Part shown: positions 59,116-64,000 of the stretch, one piece after another
How the letters are laid out: each line of letters starts with the position of its first letter
How positions within the stretch are numbered: position 1 is the first letter of the stretch
Assembly (NCBI GenBank): GCA_964247055.1
Contig: OZ176056.1
Span: 2,604,001 to 2,668,000, forward strand
Direction: 5' to 3'
DNA: 64,000 bases
Source of the DNA: Paragordius varius
Lineage: Eukaryota; Animalia; Nematomorpha
Program-made: the position numbers and the translations under genes
Notes under the pieces: model-generated
What the model was told of the DNA's origin: nothing
Seen by the model: only the letters and a program-made list of their open reading frames with translations
Databases searched by the model: none

Positions 59116-60447
59116 TTAAATATCTTTGGTCTTAACACTAATACTTTTTTTGTCCTCTCCTTTATTCTTTGTGACGTGCTGTAGTTTGGTTTTTTCTTGT
59201 TTTAATGACGCATCTTGTTTGTGTTGCACAATGGCCGCCTTTTTAACGGTAAAAATTGAAATTATACAGACAAAACTTAAAAATATTTTTTAAAAATACC
59301 CCCAACCTTAATTATTCCCACGTAAATTATTTTTATTAAAAATTAAAAATATATAAATGTACATCTATAACTTATCCTTTGTTTTTTATAGGTGAGAATA
59401 CATTGCTGGTTTTTCAGATAGATATACAGCAAAAAGCAATTTATAGGCTAATGGTTAAAAATCAAAAAAATAACCATAGGCTATTAATATTACCATTTGC
59501 TGAATATCTAATAAAAATACTTGCTCACACTGTAAAACAGTAGTATACCATTTGCAATTCAAATTCACCCTTAAACAATTCAAAACCCTCAAATAAAATA
59601 TATGTTTTTTTAAGATTTAAATTACCTAGAATTTTATATATTTTAAAAAAAATTTTGTTTAAATTAAAATAATACCGAAAAAATAATGAACTATGTCATA
59701 AAGATATATTTCATATCAATAGTGAGTTATATTAGTTCGTAAACACATAATTTTTTAGGGTGAATTTGAAATGTAGATGGTATACTAACCAAAAAAATTT
59801 TTTGACTGGCCAATACCGATAAAATTTTTATGGCTATCTGACAAATTTGCAGATATTTATGCTTAAAATAAGTGTTTAGACCCATAAAAAGCTGACCTCG
59901 GTTCGAATATCTCTGCTAACAAAGGAGTTATTATTTAAAAATTAAAAATGTGTATATATTGGTTTTTACGTCCGTATAATTTAATTTTTATCGTAACAAC
60001 CTTTTTCTTGTTTTGGCCTTTATCTTTGTCATCACGTCGAATAATCACACTCTTAAGTATGTCATCGATTATGGTATCATTCGAAGTGACTAAAGGGTTT
60101 GAAACGCCTTCCCCAGTTGGACAAATGACGAGATGTGCATTTCCATGTTGCCTATTTTCTGCAGAATTATTTCCATGGTGTTTTGTCACATTTAGCATAT
60201 TAAAATTAAATTTATCATTTTTTTCTGTGCCCGTCGAAGTTATGTCAAAAGATTTTGCTTTGCCTCGAAAACCAATAGATTGATGACATACAGGGACTGT
60301 TTTAGAACGTGAAACAACAGGGTGTGATGGTAGAGCTTTAACCAAAGAAATAAGAGCTAGGCAGAAAATTAGAAAACTCCCCAATATCTAAACAATAAAA
60401 TTAAAGATTACTTTATCTTTAAATTTTTTATTGAAAACGAAATCCAT
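59116..60447 (-). CDS. Lineage-specific secreted protein, Lys-rich C-terminus
   Basis: Model: 60447-60412 (MDFVFNKKFKDK), 24-nt intron 60411-60388, 60387-60001 (ILGSFLIFCLALISLVKA-LPSHPVV..., signal-peptide-like), intron 60000-59239 (almost entirely a MITE), 59238-59116 (AAIVQHKQDASLKQEK...KDI*). All joins are in frame. No family recognised. Confidence 0.65.
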
Positions 60448-62934
60448 TTGTTCCGAAACTAGTATATATTATCCTTTATTATTTTTTCCTCGTAAATATT
60501 GTTTTAATTAAATTTACATAATCCCAATAAAAAGTTTATATTCGATTACGGTTATATTAGGAAATTTGATATATTTAATTTTAAAAAAGGATTATATTTA
60601 CCTTCATTAATAGAGAATCTATGATTTATAGAGAGAACAAATTAAAAACGAAAAATAAAATGTTTCAAAGGATTTTCTGTATTTATATAAAGATTAACCA
60701 GCATGCTTAATCTAGGTCGTGGTGAGATTAAGTCTCAAAATTATTATTGACCTTTAATAAATGCATTGTCTTTTTTATTAAAAAAAATATAGATGTGTAA
60801 TTAAAGTATCTCTTTATAAATAATGGCATTTTCCCTTCATTGAGCATAAAGTATACAATATATTTAAATTCAAGGATTTTTCAAATGTCGGTGATTTAAA
60901 TATATTTTATCCAAACAATGAAGGTCATAGAGATGGCTTTTATTATACATGATTAAAATTATATATAATAAAGTTTTTAAGGTAAACATGGTTTTAAAAT
61001 TTTATGTAGATTATAGCGTTTGTAAAACAAATGGTATAAAACCAGTAGAAAATAATTCTATTTCTCTGGTTAATTATTTAAGGCGGCATATACTTAGGAA
61101 TAATTTTGATTCAATGGTCCTGAGCATTTCCTTATCATAAAAGCCTGGATTCTGGTCGATGCGACTCTTAATTGGTTTGGGTAGAAACCACTATGTAAAA
61201 TTCGACACCCGCAAATAAATCAAGAGTGTTTCGAACGTTTAAAATATCAATCTTAATTTTTACCATCATATACATTTCTTTTATGTAATATTTTTAACCT
61301 TAAATTGTTCCCTGGCTTCGGCGACACATGCAGTAAAATTTGGAATTATACGGACAAAACGTAAAAATAGACATATATTATTTTTTAAAAGACAACAACT
61401 TTGCTTATAAATATAAATTATTGTTTTAAACTGTAAGAATAAAGTCCTATATTTAACGGTAAATTGATAACAAAATCAATTAATTTTACATTTGTAATTA
61501 AATGATTTTTAAAAGACAAATTAATGTTTAATAAAAATATAGATGTTTTTTGAAAAAAGATTTTTGTCTTTATATTTTTACGTTTTGGTATAAATTTAAT
61601 TTTTACAGTAAAAATACACCTATAAATCCAAACCTTTAGAGCTAATGCATTGGATATCTAACATAAAAATTATTAATGATCATTAAAAAAAATTATTAAA
61701 AAGATTTTAGTGTAAAGAATTTTGTGGAATGACTTTCCAATTAAGTAGAACAAAGCCAATTTTGACGTCAAGTGAGATTTTTTAGTGAAAATTTGGACAA
61801 TTATCTATTGTTTCATAGGTGAATTTATTTAACTTATTCACAAATTATATTAAACTAATTATTTAACAAATTAAAAGTAGAGCTCGAAGGGGTAAAAAAT
61901 AATCTGATCAAATATTTTCTGATATGAAAAAGTAACCTAACTTTGTGGACCCCGTGCCCTCAAACCATCTTAAATAATGTAACATATTGAAACCATTGCA
62001 AAAGTTTGCACTTATATAACATTGATATACCGGAATATAAAAGTGAATTATTTAAAAACATTATGTTATGGATAAGCCTCACACCGTTAAATTTAATATT
62101 AGATGTGATTTAACTAAAAATTAGCTTTATTTTAGTTTCAAAATCAAACACAATATTTTGCAAATATGTTGTTAAATAAAAATGGCGCTAAATAGTTTGA
62201 TATGAAATTTTATTTCAAAACTAAATATTATTTGATATTTTGGCCTATTTATGTAATTTTTATCAGGAGACAAGCATAAATTAAAATAAAATTTGCTTCT
62301 TTCTTTCAAAAATTGAACTAAAATAAGTATCGGGGTCCCTAGATACACCAATTTGAATCGAAATGTTAAATATATGGCAATTAAATTGGGTTTTTACGAA
62401 AATACACCATATTTTGGCAAATGAAGCAATAAATTAAACTCAAAAGCGATAAAATGTTCAGAATCAACGGTATATATAATAATTTAAAATTATCGCTTTC
62501 TAGTAACATTTTTAGTTGTTGCCACAATCTCGGAATCGTTTACTGTAAGAAAACTGGCCCATTTTAGAAGAGCATAAAATTCGAGACTTTCTCAGTTCAC
62601 ATATAAAAATTTAATTTTTTTAAAAATATTATTTAGCTTTTTATATGTTTATAATGTATTTTAGTGTTAATTTTTGGAATGAATTATTAAGTTTGCACCA
62701 AAATAATGCTCTTCAAAATATTGCTCAAATTTAGCCTTTTCTGATATGAATTTACCATGAATTACACAACTTTCTTAAATTACTCGTTAGGCCAAAACCA
62801 AAAGGACTATGGTTCCTTACATTTTATTAAACACTGTATTAATCATTCATCAAAATGTTTAATAGCCCCTCCTGCCAATTCGCACAGTGTTGTGGAGGCT
62901 ACAAATATTGGCATTCTGAATATGGTACATATAC

Positions 62935-63436
62935 CATGGCACTTCAAGAGTATTCATAAAATTTTAAGTTGGTTAACAGTATCCTTCAACACTTCTAGTT
63001 GGCCTTAGACTTGTTTTGTATTATCAATAAAATCGTGTATTATTCATTTCTTTTATCAATTTTAACCTATTTTCTTTATTTAAAAGGAACTATAAATCAA
63101 CATCAACTTTAATTCGGAAAAGTATATTTTATTGATAAAAATTATTATAAATTAGAAGATATTAATACGTTATAAAAATTAAATATAAGTTTTTTGGGTT
63201 ATTATTTATTCAAAACCTTCATAAGTTAATAATTATTTTAAATGGCAGATTAGTTTGAAAATAAGTGGTTTTATAATAAACTAATTTGTTAATGACTATT
63301 TACATTAAAATAAAAAAAGCAAAAATTTGGTTTAATTAAAGCATTCAAATTTTAAGGACCAACTTGAAGTGTTTAAAGACCAACTTAAAACCCTCAAGGG
63401 CCAACTTGAAGTGTAGGACACTCTTGAAGTACAAAT
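62935..63436. repeat. TIR element with iterated CCAACTTGAAGTG subterminal repeats
   Basis: Left arm cacttcaagagt...acacttctagttggcc is the reverse complement of right-arm ggccaacttgaagtgt...actcttgaagt. Confidence 0.55.
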
Positions 63437-63660
63437 GATATTTTATAGATATTTTAGTAAGAATCATTTCGCTTCTTCCAAAAAAATCTATTTGGCAGCA
63501 GTTACCATAGAAGTTATAATTATTCCATTGACTTGAAGTTTAAATTTTAAAATACTATAACCCTTATACGTTTTTCTATCAAAATTTTTACTATGATAAT
63601 AATAAATAAATTTGAAATTTTTTGAAATAAAAAACTACACACATAATGCGGTTACTAATT

Positions 63661-64000
63661 ATAGCGTAAATCTCGTGCTGCTACGCAGCCCGATGAAGTC
63701 CTTCGGACTTCTGTGTGGGGTATTTGAAATAAGGGACAATAAAATGATCCACATATGTGGATTATTTCGAAACAATATTTAATGGATATCATTTTATTGG
63801 AATTTTAAAACGGTGCATTCATGCTAATATATTGTTTACTTGGGGAAAATAGATTCAAAAAGTTATTTTTTTGGACTTTGTTTTTTTGAAAAAAATGGCA
63901 TTTTACGGGAGGAGCGGGTAAAAAGAGGGCCTATATTAAAAAAGCGGAGACTATGTTCGGAGCAATCGAAAATAACTAAACAAAAATCATATTTTAAATT
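63661..64000 (-). mobile_element. Non-autonomous Helitron, copy 3 (internally deleted, runs off the window)
   Basis: Same terminal sequence (gcgtaaatctcgtgctgctacgcagcccgatgaagtccttcggacttc) joined near 63840 directly to the 5' segment, skipping the subrepeat array. The terminal CTAG is degenerate (CTAT). Confidence 0.8.

Larger units (their letters stand above)
1075..59784. repeat. MITE family A (dispersed, ~200-330 bp)
   Basis: TIRs TATACCATTTAC..TTCAAATTCACCC / GGGTGAATTTGAA..GTAAATGGTATA with iterated AACAATTCAAATTCACCC subterminal units. Copies at about 1075-1364, 18315-18517, 25580-25905, 46464-46734, 52372-52705 and 59544-59784, plus a fragment at 1985-2095. Confidence 0.85.
1400..61608. 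repeat. MITE family B (dispersed, ~280 bp, mostly TA-flanked, Tc1/mariner-like ends)
   Basis: TIRs CAGTAAAAATTGAAATTATACGGACAAAACG / CGTTTTGTCCGTATAATTTCAATTTTTACTG. Copies at about 1400-1689, 13734-14013, 16681-16959, 18885-19170, 43631-43919, 59247-59993 (composite) and 61331-61608. Confidence 0.85.

Noticed and set aside
1-64000. tRNA, rRNA or snRNA genes
   Set aside because: No cloverleaf, box A/B pair or rRNA-like conserved stretch was recognised by eye; a covariance-model scan was not possible.

Overview
This is very AT-rich eukaryotic genomic DNA (roughly three-quarters A+T by inspection) with spliceosomal GT-AG introns and highly divergent proteins. A fast-evolving, probably parasitic animal-type genome is an inference; the taxon cannot be assigned from sequence alone. 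Two conserved genes sit head-to-head with start codons 20-50 nt apart: METTL17/RSM22 (minus, 12 exons, 43470-49988) and an enlarged ELP1/IKI3 (plus, 9 exons, 50039-59059, about 1960 aa). Both combine 24-29-nt introns with larger introns, several containing MITEs. The main discovery is invisible to the ORF track: a minus-strand gene of more than 30 exons (about 8.5-25.4 kb) whose internal exons (9-99 nt) are nearly all multiples of 3 and flanked by phase-1 introns. They join into one stop-free, probably secreted, mucin-like/Gly-Ala/acidic protein. This is a micro-exon gene (MEG) architecture like that known from schistosomes. A second, divergently oriented candidate starts with a clean signal-peptide exon at 33741. 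A third secreted-protein gene (59116-60447) appears to have gained an intron from a MITE insertion into coding sequence. The rest is a dense transposon landscape: a full-length decayed RTE LINE with an 18-bp TSD, three non-autonomous Helitrons with variable internal ~160-bp arrays, mariner relics, hAT MITEs, two abundant TIR MITE families and long foldback elements. All exon models were built by hand from splice signals, frame and motif recall; no database search or expression data were available.
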